54,967 nucleotides of DNA from Octopus bimaculoides (lineage: Eukaryota). The translations under genes were made by a program, and so were the position numbers. Shown in pieces: positions 23,201-35,936 of this stretch; position 1 is the first letter of the stretch, and each line of letters opens with the position of its first letter. The notes under the pieces were generated by a model. It did not search any database and was not told the origin of the DNA. It was given only the letters and a program-made list of their open reading frames with translations. The DNA lies in contig NC_068997.1 in the NCBI RefSeq assembly GCF_001194135.2, positions 11,431,257 through 11,486,223 on the forward strand, written 5' to 3'.

Positions 23201-25334
23201 TTAAATAAAGCTTTTCTTCTCCTTAGATAACTTTTAGTTTGTAATTTGCTGTTTGCTCAAACACAGGGAAAAGTGTTGTGTTTTCTTCAATTGTAGCCAA
23301 CTTCCTGAGCTGAAGGACGACAATTAGAAATAATTTCGTGCATTGGGAAAACGTTCCTTAAATAGGAGCAATATTTACAAATTTAACAACACCGAATACG
23401 CGGCTAACATGAACAGAAATTACAGCACTAAGAGCAAAAATCAATAAAAGACTTGTCGACAACTCGGATAATGTCTGCAACGACAGCGTCGACCCAACAT
23501 GGGAGCATTTACTTTCAACCTGCTATAACTATCACATATCGCTCACAAAACACAGTGTGCAAAACAAACGCCGACAAACATCGGTAATTAATAGTGGCTT
23601 ATATACAAATGATCCCAATTAAAACACTTGGTAGTTATAATGGAAAAGAGGTTCTTACAGGCGATGAAATAAGGCTTGCCCTGTAATAAAAGGACTACAA
23701 AGGAAATTACACTGTAAACAGCAGTGCTACACACAGGAAAACAGTTGCAATAAAAGGTAAACTGCTGAAAAGGTAAACAAATACTTTTTATGATTCAATG
23801 AAATGCTCTAAGACTTTTAACCGTTTATGACGGCCTAAAGTCTTAATTTACAGAAACATAGCATTCTTGATTGTAGCAAAATGAGCAGAAGAGCACTTTT
23901 GATGGCTCTTGTGTTTGTATGAGATTGAAATTACAATGGAAAGGTGAAAATGCCCTAAACCTGCTTGGGCTACTTTCAATTAATCGTATGTTTTTTATTG
24001 GCTCTTCAACAAATTTTCTTTGAGTCATGTTCTCAGCAGCAACATTGCTCAGAAACACGCTGGTGTATCCCCACCAGTCTATGCAATTTTGGTTACCGAT
24101 TAAGAATGCATTTTGCCCCACAATCGACATCATTCTTGGTCCTTTCTGAAGTAATCTCATGCGTTGAGTGTTGAGTCGCAAGAATTTGTACATATATCAA
24201 TAACAGCACACAAGGGCACTCACGAGTTCAAGGCCATAGTCTCTTCTACTTTCGATTTCGATGAAAGCTGCAACGAAATGGAAATATAAAAGGATGCAAG
24301 AATTTAAAAAATAGACGAAGTTAAGCATTGTTGTAGAGTCTACAATGTAGATATTTCAAGAACAATGTTGACGTTTGGTTGCAATTACATCTGAAGTACA
24401 TAAAAGTATTCGACATGTTACTCTAAAATCAATTCCGATTAATATTGCCAGATAATACAGCAGTAAATGGAACGTCTAATGTTGTAGTCTTTATAAAGTT
24501 ACGGGACAGTACACGCTCCGTTGTACTAATCGTCGTTTGTGATGTTTTGACCAACTGTATTCAAGGTGTTACTTTTTTTTATTTTTGGGTGGAGAGAATT
24601 ATAAACAGTTTTCAAATATTCTCATGCCAAACGTTGTAGCCAGCATTGTTTCCGATTTGAGAGAATTTCTACCTGTAACGTTGTCAGGTGGTTTTGGAAA
24701 ACAAAGAAACTTATCGCAACACCTTCCGTTAAAATTGAACGATAGCTTACATGGCGGACTCTGATTTCGATTGTTGTCCTAGACAACTGTGAACCGCATT
24801 CACTGTTTTAACTGTCCACAATTTCCTGGTGGCTATTCCAGCAGAGTTACTAAAATGGATGCGGTCCAAATACCGGAAAACTGTTATTTTTCTCCAACGA
24901 TCAATTTCTCAAATGCACATTTTAAAGTCAGGATTGAGGCAAAAAACATTTCTAAAGAAGAAATATGCTTCGCAGCAATATAGCACGTATGTAGGTGTCG
25001 GAGGTGAAGGAGGTACAGATGAAAAATACCAATATTCTGGGTTCTCGTAATAGAAAGCATTTATGTAAAAACCAAAACCTCTTGCAATTTATTTGTAAAT
25101 CCACATGTCTGGAACCGAAAAGAATCCATGGCACCTCAAAAGTGATGTGGTACTTATTGAGAGCAAAATTCTGATATCAAAAGCAGGAAATAAGAAAATT
25201 CTTAGGAAATATACAGTCGACAACAATACTTGGAACAGATCATGTGTTGAGAAAAGTGTTGGAACAGCTCATGTGTTGAGTCTCTAAGCTTCGGAATGGA
25301 GCTGAGACGTGACATTGTTAAATCAGAAGTTAAG

Positions 25335-25337
<3 letters not shown>

Positions 25338-25400
<63 letters not shown>

Positions 25401-25600
25401 GGTTCAAATTTCGGTAAAGGCCAGCAAGTTTAGGAGCAGGGAACTAATCGATTACATAGACCCCAGTACTTAACTAGCAACCATTTTGTCGACCCCGAGA
25501 AGAATGAAAAGCATATCGACTTCGGGGTAGTTTAAACTCAGAAGCCAGAACCTAGAGACAGAAGAAATGCTGCTCAGCATCTTGTCCGAGCGCGAACGAT
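25338..25600 (-). mobile_element. Family A Nin/Deu SINE, full length, with expanded (ATT)n tail
   Basis: Plus strand shows aacgattgtgccagctcgc (head), ttttgtcgaccccgagagaatgaaaagc (core) and atcgattacatagaccccagtac; (AAT)n at 25338-25400 is its 3' tail. Confidence 0.88.
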
Positions 25601-25620
25601 TGTGCCAGCTCGCTGTCATA

Positions 25621-25683
<63 letters not shown>

Positions 25684-25735
25684 AACAACAACTACTACTA
25701 CTAATAATAAAAATAATATTAATAATAATACAAAT
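25621..25735. repeat. (TAC)n-(AAC)-(AAT) microsatellite
   Basis: Visible run. Confidence 0.95.
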
Positions 25736-25787
25736 CCAAATATATGGTACCTTAGGCATATCACCTACNNNNNNNNNNAATAATATT

Positions 25788-26235
25788 AATGCTTTCTAAT
25801 TGATGTATCAATACCAGCAGATGAAAACGTTTCCCTAAAAGAAATGGAGAAACTTTCAAAATACAAAGACCTGGAAATAGAAGTAACTCGAATGTGGATT
25901 CTAAAAACAGAAATAATTCCTATCATAGTAGGTGTAATAAAAAAATATTCAGGCAAATACATAACAAAAACACCAGGACATACAAATATATATAACATAC
26001 AGAAAATTGCACTACTGGGCACTGCACACATCCTACGCAAAACACTTTGAATACAGTAACCATAAGAGCACCACAGCAAACCACAGCACATACCCAAGGC
26101 ACACAGAGCTGCGCTCAGTAGTGCAGTGAAAGCACGTTATAAAAATAAAACTACTGAATAATAATAATAATGATAATAATAATAGTAATAATAATAATGA
26201 TAATAATAATGATAATGATGATAATAATAACAACA
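25788..26235 (+). mobile_element. 5'-truncated R4/Dong-like LINE: REL endonuclease C-terminus, 3' UTR and (AAT)-type tail
   Basis: Open frame AFLIDVSIPADENVSLKEMEKLSKYKDLEIEVTRMW...KIALLGTAHILRKTL* ending at 26050, followed by a short UTR and (AAT/GAT)n. Confidence 0.85.
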
Positions 26236-27320
26236 ACAATAGAAAGAAGCAATTTGTCACCTTCTTAATCTTCATTGTTACATTATCATTGTTTCCTTAC
26301 CATTATGANNNNNNNNNNNNNNNNNNNNNNNNNNNNNNNNNNNNNNNNNNNNNNNNNNNNNNNNNNNNNNNNNNNNNNNNNNNNNNNNNNNNNNNNNNNN
26401 NNTTATAAAAATAAAACTACTGAATAATAATAATAATGATAATAATAATAGTAATAATAATAATGATAATAATAATAGTAATAATAATAATGATAATAAT
26501 AATGATAATGATGATAATAATAACAACAACAATAGAAAGAAGCAATTTTTCACCTTCTTAATCTTCATTGTTACATTATCATTGTTTCCTTACCATTATG
26601 ATGAAGTAGTATTATTGATATTATCAAAATGATTTATGAGTTTATCATCGTTGCATTTGTTATTTTCGTTGAGGTTTGTAAGATTGCTAATAACAGCTGT
26701 AACATTAATCACGTGGTGTTTTTTTTTATATCACTCTTCACCATAATCGTTATTATATTTATTACATTAAATCAGACAATTTGAAGTCATTTTTTTTTTG
26801 GTTATCTAATCAGAAAAAAAAATATTAGTTTTTTGTTCGTAAATGTGTTTCATTCCTTCTATTTAAATATTTCCTATAATTTTTGTATGTGTTCTTTGGT
26901 TTGTAAACATGGAGGCTTGTAATCAGTGGAAACACATTAATAAGAAATGGTTGAGTTGACTTGCCATGCGATTGGCTCAATTCGTATCAATAGATTTGAA
27001 CAAACAACCCAATCAAAATGATATAAAATAAAATAAAATAAAATAAAAAAAGAAATAAAATACTTAGTCTTGTTCTTTCAGTTGGCTACTAAAAGTAAAG
27101 AAATATTTTCCTCTGGTGCCTGTAGGTCATCATCTGTAAATGTACAATTTAATGCGTATTCGGAACATACTTCACTCGTCGACAGTTTACTAGAATATTC
27201 TCGGATATATGCCGAGTTAAAACACTCAAAACCTATATTCTCTGACTACGAAAGTAGTGAACTTATTCTGTTTCTCGCTCATTGATCTCTCACAAGTTTC
27301 AGCATTTATATTCATATTCA

Positions 27321-27321
<1 letters not shown>

Positions 27322-27397
<76 letters not shown>

Positions 27398-27403
27398 GTA
27401 TTG

Positions 27404-27435
<32 letters not shown>

Positions 27436-27540
27436 GGTTGTAGTGTCGGCGGCGGCGGTGGTGGTGTCGGCGGTGGTGGTGGTGGTGGTGGTGCTGTCGG
27501 CGGCGGCGGCGGTGGTGGTGGTTGTAGTGGTGGTTGTGGA
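27322..27540. repeat. Compound trinucleotide array (ATT)n-(GTT)n-(GGT)n/(GGC)n
   Basis: Visible; explains the poly-L/V/T/N ORFs. Confidence 0.97.
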
Positions 27541-29581
27541 ATGTTTTCTCTTGGCCATTTATCTTCTTACTGAAACTAGGTGCCAAATTCAGAAAATTTA
27601 TTTACATAGAAAACATTTTTCAAGATGGCTTCCACACACTCCTTCTTGCTGGCCAGAGTGTTAAGAAATTGGGAGGCAATTTTGAAAAGTGATACGGTGG
27701 TTCATGGTCATCAGGGCCCATCACACAGCACTAAAACCGCAGTATTAATCATCGGTAATTGCTGCAGCCTTAGTAGCAACAAGAACTACAACAGAGCAAC
27801 AAAAGCAGCAACAAAACAACAAAAACTATGTCAATTTAAGATTTTTCTGAAAAGTAGGCCCCATTTGGTCTCAACACCCACTGTTTTGAGGACTGGACAT
27901 GCGCCACATGATGCGCAGGAATGCAGTGAGGCTACGAGGTCTCCAGCAATTCCTAAATATGGAATAGTTGTGGCCACCGTTTGTCCGGCACTTATTTATA
28001 CAGCTTGATTGATTAACAGAGCTGCAATCGCGAGACAATCAAAGACCGAGATAGAACACTGAAATGTAAAGAAAAGCTTTATAATGCTTCAAAGTCCGGC
28101 AATGTCTTATGCGGTGGTTCCACGTTTGCGTTCTATAGAGGATTAGTTGTATACAAAACGGATATTTTTCTCGGCAATGTCAAAATTACGATGGAAATCA
28201 ACAGACTGATATGTTTCATAAGGCTTTAGCTCAGGAAGCTATGGATAATTTCTAGAAATCCTTGTTCGGCAATGCTAACAGGCTATTCCTAGTTTGATAT
28301 AAAATTATTGGAAGGAATATCTCCAAGGGAACTGTTCCAGGAACGTTCAGGTCGACAAAACAGTTCTGCATGCCCTCGTCTAGTTGTCGAACATTGCTGA
28401 TTTGTAATTTGTGCCAAACTGCTGCTATGAGGTGAGAGGGGGTTCCGAGTATAAGCTGCATCCATTGTGAAAAATCTTCCTGCAATATTCCTTTGAAAGA
28501 GGAGGACAGTCAGGTTTATGATTCTGAGAAATTTGGTGACAGATGTATGTTGGACGAGATTAAAATGGCTGAAGACTGATATCTTCCTCTGTGGTCAAGT
28601 TATCACCAGTTTTTTTTTCCGGTTTCATTTCAGAAGGTAATTTTTGGTGGAATGAGACGTGCTGCCTACAAAATAAATCTTTGAGAGATGATTACTAGAA
28701 TTTATGTTTGAGGACCACGTTATTTTATGTACGTCATTTTTCCTTTAAAAATAACCTTACGACGTTAGTTAAAATAAATGTGCCTGTTTGTCACCGGGGC
28801 ATCGAACCGGTAGAGATTCTCTGACGATGAATTTGTAGGTAATTTTTATGAAGTCAGCTATGTTGAAGCACGTTTCACCGGTAACGAACCGACACTTTGC
28901 GAGCGATAAGATCCCATTACGCAAGATCTCTTTCGTTAAAAATTCGAAGCAGTATGGCTGTTTAAAAAATAGCTTCATATTATAGTTAGTAGAGTTGCAT
29001 AGATGCATCCAATGTATCATGCAAATGACGTAGTTTCAATTCTCTCAAGCCGCCCACACTATTTTTATTTTTTGAACAACTGTTCTCTGTCGACATTTGC
29101 ATTGTAGTACCAGTAAATATCTTTTGATCCTAAATCCACGTGGAATGATCAACAATGTGGGATATGTGTTATACTCTTATTTTTTTGCTTTCGGCAAATC
29201 AGTTTTAATCTTTTCACAGTAAGGAAGAGAAGTTAATACTGAATAGCATTAATTTTCACTTCGTGTTTAAAATTGTCCAAAAAAGATTTAAGAGTGTTGT
29301 CATTTCCATATCAATTTTTTTTTCTGATTTCAATAAATCTTTTGCTCAATATCTTCTATCACTTTAGGCCTTTTATGTAACTAAACAATGTCTGCAAAGC
29401 ATTCCCGTGCAGAACGCCTTTAAGCATAACTTACCTGGATCAGCGCAAACAGAGGCTTAAGAAGAAAATTTAACAAGTTCACAAACAACTACTTCAGTAC
29501 AAAGAAAGTAATTTTGAGGGGATGTGAATGAATTGCTACTATCGACTCCATTATTTGTTGACTACGATATTTTAATGCAAG

Positions 29582-30770
29582 GTAGTATCAAAATGTTCCG
29601 GGACTAGTTCTGTTTAATAAAGAATAACTGATTTACCTAAGTTTTAACATCAACTCCTTCAACATAGCCACTTGGCGTAGCGATATACCGGTCCTAGCGT
29701 TGCTACCGGAATCCGGCTTCGAAGTCGTTTTTCCGTAAGCGATTTGAGGACATTCGAGAACGACGTTTCGAGAACGACGTTTCGAGAACGACGTTAAAAT
29801 GGAGACCTTTGAGACTCTTCGGGAAGAGACAAAAGTCCGCGAATGGTAAATCTAGTGAATAGGGTGGGCATCGAAGCGATACCATGTGGTTTCTGGCGAA
29901 AAACTCACGAGTGAAGAGAGGTCGGTGATAGTGTACTATGTTGTCGTGAAGAATCCGATTTTTTGCCGAAAGTCCTCTCTCAAACATTTCAAAACGTCGC
30001 AGTAGAACACTCGATTGACGATTTGGCCCGGGGTGGGGGGCGAATTCCCAATGCACAATATCACCGATAACGAAAAAATGGATGAGCATGCTCTTGATTC
30101 AGCTATGGCTCTGTCGTGCCATTTTGGGACGTGGGATAAAGGGTTGTTCCATTGTGACGACTGCTGCTTCGATCCGGATTCATGCTCGTAGACTTAACCC
30201 CTCGTCACTACTGATGATGCACGACATGAAGGATAGGTCATCAGCAGCATGCTGATGGGGATCTTCACAGACGTCGACGCGATGTACTTTTTGCTGAGTG
30301 GTCAGACACACGCCGAATGTTCGATTCAGACTTTAGGATTGCTTGCACAGAGCAACAACATCAGTAATGTCGTTGATTGTCTTCAGACAAATCTCATGCA
30401 CAAGCAGATGAATTCTCTCCACATTTCCACTGGTGATTCTCGTGGCAAGTCTTCCAGATCACTCATTGCCTTCCATGGACGTTCTTTCGCTTTTGAAGCG
30501 CCCGTGACACTCGCGTAAGTTTGCCAAAGCATGCTCAATGACTCTGTATCAGGTTTCCCAAATTTAACGCAACATTTCATGTTGGCTCTTTATTCCAACT
30601 TTCTGTTCGTGGCAAACTTGCAGACATCATATACGTAAGCACAAAATACGAATTTCGACAACTTGCGATGTAAACACATAAGGTCAGTACTAGTCCTCAC
30701 TGCGCACGAAACCATGTGCTGCTACCTCTCGGCGTACAACAGAACTAGTACGGGAAAATGTTGATACTTC
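29582..30770 (-). mobile_element. Mariner (DD34D-like) transposon, about 1.19 kb, pseudogenised, both TIRs present
   Basis: 33-bp TIRs at 29582-29614 and 30738-30770 (28/33 match); minus-strand remnants KCCVKFGK, LTTQQKVHRVDVC, SFMSCIISSDE (D at 30204-06), SPRPKMARQS, LHDN, PPYSLDLPFADFCLFPK. Confidence 0.92.
29753..29794. repeat. 14-bp unit ttcgagaacgacgt x3 inside the mariner
   Basis: Three perfect tandem copies. Confidence 0.95.
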
Positions 30771-31368
30771 TTTTTATACCCCGACAGAATAAAAGACTAA
30801 GTTAACCAGGGGGACTTTTAACACAGAATATACAGAGTTGTTAGAGATAACATAACACATTAATTCCGATGTTTTAATCCTTCTGTCATACCGCAATATT
30901 AGTGAAAATAAAGCCACTAATCGGAGTCAAGTACAATAAAGATGGAAAGATCGCACCCAAACACTGCAACACACGTACAATGACACACATACATTCATAC
31001 ACACGGGCACACAGAGACACATATAATTACATACACACACAAACACATATATATATGGATAAATATTTGCATATTATATATATATGTGTATGCGTGTCTA
31101 TAATATACGATAAACGCAGATTTGTGATTGTAAAATGTTGCACGGAAGGCAATCTACAGAAGGAAATAATTCATAGCTTATTATAAAACGAAGTCTTCTT
31201 AATTATATAAGTACATATCAAGGTCACAGAATTGGACAAACACAGCCAAAAGCCTACACAAATATGCATAAAAACACATGGCTCTACACACCAGTAAGCA
31301 TACATATATACGCATGTGCACACACTCACACACACTGCATCAATCGCATACAAGGCAGACACGTGCAG

Positions 31369-31399
<31 letters not shown>

Positions 31400-32267
31400 C
31401 ACACACACATATATACACACATATGTATAAATATTTATATATGTATATGTATCTATAAATACATATGTATGTAAGTATATATATATATATATATATACAT
31501 ATATNNNNNNNNNNNNNNNNNNNNNNNNNNNNNNNNNNNNNNNNNNNNNNNNNNNNNNNNNNNNNNNNNNNNNNNNNNNNNNNNNNNNNNNNNNNNNNNN
31601 NNNNNNNNNNNNNNNNNNNNNNNNNNNNNNNNNNNNNNNNNNNNNNNNNNNNNNNNNNNNNNNNNNNNNNNNNNNNNNNNNNNNNNNNNNNNNNNNNNNN
31701 NNNNNNNNNNNNNNNNNNNNNNNNNNNNNNNNNNNNNNNNNNNNNNNNNNNNNNNNNNNNNNNNNNNNNNNNNNNNNNNNNNNNNNNNNNNNNNNNNNNN
31801 NNNNNNNNNNNNNNNNNNNNNNNNNNNNNNNNNNNNNNNNNNNNNNNNNNNNNNNNNNNNNNNNNNNNNNNNNNNNNNNNNNNNNNNNNNNNNNNNNNNN
31901 NNNNNNNNNNNNNNNNNNNNNNNNNNNNNNNNNNNNNNNNNNNNNNNNNNNNNNNNNNNNNNNNNNNNNNNNNNNNNNNNNNNNNNNNNNNNNNNNNNNN
32001 NNNNNNNNNNNNNNNNNNNNNNNNNNNNNNNNNNNNNNNNNNNNNNNNNNNNNNNNNNNNNNNNNNNNNNNNNNNNNNNNNNNNNNNNNNNNNNNNNNNN
32101 NNNNNNNNNNNNNNNNNNNNNNNNNNNNNNNNNNNNNNNNNNNNNNNNNNNNNNNNNNNNNNNNNNNNNNNNNNNNNNNNNNNNNNNNNNNNNNNNNNNN
32201 NNNNNNNNNNNNNNNNNNNNNNNNNNNNNNNNNNNNNNNNNNNNNNNNNNNNNNNNNNNNNNNNNNN

Positions 32268-32302
<35 letters not shown>

Positions 32303-33093
32303 ATATAATGTTATATATATATATATATATATATATTTATTTATTATTGACAAAGAGTATGGTGACTTGTTCCTCCACAAAATTTATTTTACAATTTTAT
32401 ACAGCATATTATAATGTCCTAGACATGTTTTCACTGCACAGACTACTGGCGATTGGAGATGCAACCTGGTACTATCATCAGTGTAGATTGTTAAGGATCT
32501 ATCCATTTACTGAAATATATAGAAAGTTTGTTTAATATTATGGTAGAAGGTATTGCGAAAATGGGTCTCCAAGGACTACAGAAAAAATAACGTTTATTAG
32601 ATACTCAATCTAAATACTTTAGAAAGTGAAAACATGTAACATATAATTAATATTTCTGAAAAGATTTGGTAGTTTAATCTCACTATTAGAGTAGTGAAGG
32701 GATTTTATACGGCCTTGTGTTTAAGGAATAGGTGTTAAATCTAAACTGGAATACAAATATTTATTTAATGGATTAAAGTATTAACACATGGAAACTAGCA
32801 TCTGAAATCGAACATAGAGTGAAACGAAAGAGAAATGATTATTACGAAAGAAAACTTTTCAAGGCTTCCTATATAAAATTTTAGTTCAAAAAGATTTCTA
32901 TATAAAACCCGTAAGAAAACCAGATCTATGTAACAGCCTCAGTTGAATAATGCTAGAGTTTAAATAGAGACAACTACAGAGCCAGCAATTGGCACAAACA
33001 AAGCAGCCAGATCTAAGCAAGCAAAAATACTAAGCACACACGCACAAACACAAGAAAAATCAATATGTCAGCAATGCACACGTGCAAAAGCGT

Positions 33094-33157
<64 letters not shown>

Positions 33158-33555
33158 NNNNNNNNNNNNNNNNNNNNNNNNNNNNNNNNNNNNNNNNNNN
33201 NNNNNNNNNNNNNNNNNNNNNNNNNNNNNNNNNNNNNNNNNNNNNNNNNNNNNNNNNNNNNNNNNNNNNNNNNNNNNNNNNNNNNNNNNNNNNNNNNNNN
33301 NNNNNNNNNNNNNNNNNNNNNNNNNNNNNNNNNNNNNNNNNNNNNNNNNNNNNNNNNNNNNNNNNNNNNNNNNNNNNNNNNNNNNNNNNNNNNNNNNNNN
33401 NNNNNNNNNNNNNNNNNNNNNNNNNNNNNNNNNNNNNNNNNNNNNNNNNNNNNNNNNNNNNNNNNNNNNNNNNNNNNNNNNNNNNNNNNNNNNNNNNNNN
33501 NNNNNNNNNNNNNNNNNNNNNNNNNNNAGTATAACGCTCGGGAATAGAGAAAGTC

Positions 33556-33580
33556 TATGACGTTTCGAGCTCTTCAACTG
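33556..33580 (-). ncRNA. Degenerate minimal hammerhead-like core (Penelope pseudo-LTR relic)
   Basis: Minus strand reads cagTTGAAGA-GCTC-GAAA-CGTC-a, with palindromic ACGT at helix III and a GTC triplet; stem II is collapsed and C3 is lost. Confidence 0.4.
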
Positions 33581-33650
33581 AAAAAAAAATCACAGAAAGA
33601 AACAAGGAGAAAAACAAAGAGAACAAAAATATATATGTAGTAGTCAGCGA

Positions 33651-33690
<40 letters not shown>

Positions 33691-33809
33691 AAGTTTTTGT
33701 ATTCTACATGGGTAGAATATAGGAAAAATAGAAGTTGAAAATATACTGTGATCGGCTAGAAAAATTACGATATTTTTTCGTAACATGAAACCAATGGTAG
33801 CCTTGAGAC

Positions 33810-33958
33810 GCAAATTAATACGCAAATCTCGCCAAGGTCGATTTTTGCACTTCCCGGTCGTCGGTAAGCTACTAGATAATATTTAGGTTCGATGTAATAT
33901 ACGCACACCTTCCACGAAATTGCTGGCCTTGTTTGTATATTTGAAACTAATATATTCA
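33810..33958 (+). mobile_element. Family A SINE 3' two-thirds
   Basis: caaatctcgccaaggtcgatt...ggttcgatgtaat...gaaattgctggccttgt...tttgaaactaatat. Confidence 0.7.
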
Positions 33959-34089
33959 TACGTGAATGGATTGTTTTTTTTATCTTATCTATTTATTAAT
34001 TTTTGATTTTACGACGGGAGTTTGCTAAAGAACTATTACCATACTTTCTGTGATACAGAGGTTACAAGGTCTATTATTTTCAGAATATC

Positions 34090-34520
34090 GATTCGCCCTA
34101 AATGAAATATTTCCTCTTAACTGATATTCTCTATTTCTAATCATTATCTCCTAGATACGGCCAGACAGCGAAGTACCATTTCTTTTGTTTGTCGTGTGTT
34201 AATTGAGTGTTCATTGAAGCGTAGTCTGAAAGGATTGCAAGGCCGATGAATATATTTTTTGTTCTTGTATTTAACTACTTCTGTATTTATGTCAGCATGA
34301 ATGCACTTGGACTGTATATGGGTATTCATGTATGTTTACGCTTATTTGTTTGTGTATTCTTGTTTTATTATATGTTTTTAAAATTACCAATAGAGAAAGG
34401 ATCGTTTTCTTTCACAGAAACAAGTTTGATTGTTTGGATTTCAGGCATCAATTCCATGGTCATGTATGTACGTATACATGAACAATATTTGTCTTTGCTA
34501 TTTATATGAATTCATCTTCG
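34090..34520 (-). mobile_element. Penelope-like element GIY-YIG endonuclease relic
   Basis: Minus ORF 34144-34329 contains KKYI....PFRLRFNEH, resembling the YIG.T..F..R..NH block of PLE GIY-YIG domains; boundaries approximate. Confidence 0.5.
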
Positions 34521-35278
34521 AGAAATCAAGTCCTTCACTAACAAATTGAAAAGGCTGTTTGTGATTTAATCGTGAAATCTCCTGGAATTTCTGAACAAGT
34601 GAGAGAGTTAATGCGAGCATTTATGAAGATGTATATGTTGCTAAACAAAAATTCAAATACTATATGTGAGAGTTAAATGTTACTCTTACGTAATACGGAT
34701 GTAGAATACGTGGAATGGTTTCCAAATTCTTAGTGAAACACTAATCGATTGGATTAGAAGCACACACTCTGGTTTTCTTTGGCCTGTCTTCGAAATCGCG
34801 ACCATTTTGAAAGCTATTTCGATATTACTTCAATAGTTGAGTGAGTGTGTGTGTTTGTGTGTGTGCGTGTCTGTGTGTTTATTTGAGAGTGCGTATGTGT
34901 CTTTGTTATTTCTTTGTTGCCCACAAGGGACTAAACATAGAGGTGTTTGTGTGTGTGTGGTATCATAAATTCTATTGAAAGAATAGTCAAAATTTGAACT
35001 GTAAATAATATAAAAATTTGAATAAATTATATGTAAAAACTCTATTCAAAACATTCGAAAACTTCTAGACATAATAAAAAAAACTACCAAAAGAAAAAAA
35101 AAACAGAATAGCGAAAACTTGAACAGTGACAATTAATAGTAAATTTACAATACTCGGTATATCTGAAGTCAATTCAAATAAAGAACGTAGAAGCTGTGGT
35201 GGATTCACCACAACAGTATGCAGAATCTCAGTGTTATGAACGGTGTACAAAAGATATCTTTGTGTAACACAAAGAGTC

Positions 35279-35298
35279 AGAGAGAAAGAGAGAGAGAT

Positions 35299-35357
<59 letters not shown>

Positions 35358-35396
35358 GACAGATACAGAGACAGACAGACAGACAGACAGACAGAG
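35279..35396. repeat. (AG)n-(ACAG)n microsatellite
   Basis: Visible run. Confidence 0.97.
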
Positions 35397-35880
35397 TCTA
35401 CGTGTTTGAGACAGAGGGTGTGCTTGTGTGTGTGTGTGAAGAGAGAGAGAGAGAGGCAGAGAAAAGGACAGTGTATGTGTCTGTGTCTGTTGTATGTGTG
35501 AGAGAGTCAGAGTGTGTGTATGTGATTATATGTGATGTGCGTACTGTGTGCGATCGTGGGAGAGAGACAATGTATATGTTTGATTGCAAAGCCACCACGA
35601 GAGCTTTTGCTAATGAATTTGTGTGCAAACATTTTTTCCTTTCCGATTTATTCAAGACAATAGACTTGATAAATATAATCAAAAGTTTTGCTGCAATCGA
35701 ATATGCCATTTAATAAACGAACATGAAATCAATTTAGCATAGAATAGACAGTTTCAGCTATAATCAAGGTACAACCAATCACCCCTAAGAATTTTAGTAT
35801 AACAAATATTCATGAATATTCTTTCAATAAAGTTATGAGTATACATGCCACTATAATCTACGAGTGTATGAGATTACTCG

Positions 35881-35936
<56 letters not shown>

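Noticed and set aside
23843-24193. 116-aa minus-strand ORF as a gene
   Set aside because: No recognisable domain and no convincing donor; about one ORF of this length is expected by chance in a window this size.
26050-26160. Dong-type LINE as the partner of the local SINEs
   Set aside because: Its 3' UTR shows no similarity to the tails of families A, B or C.
26137-26601. Tandem duplication of about 170-200 bp (26137-26308 vs 26403-26601)
   Set aside because: The two copies flank an N gap and differ by one SNP and one repeat unit, which is typical of uncollapsed haplotypes or contig overlap rather than biology.
29424-29460. U1 snRNA 5' end (acttacctgg)
   Set aside because: Only the 10-nt donor-complementary stretch matches and no U1 stem-loops or Sm site follow; better read as a minus-strand splice donor.
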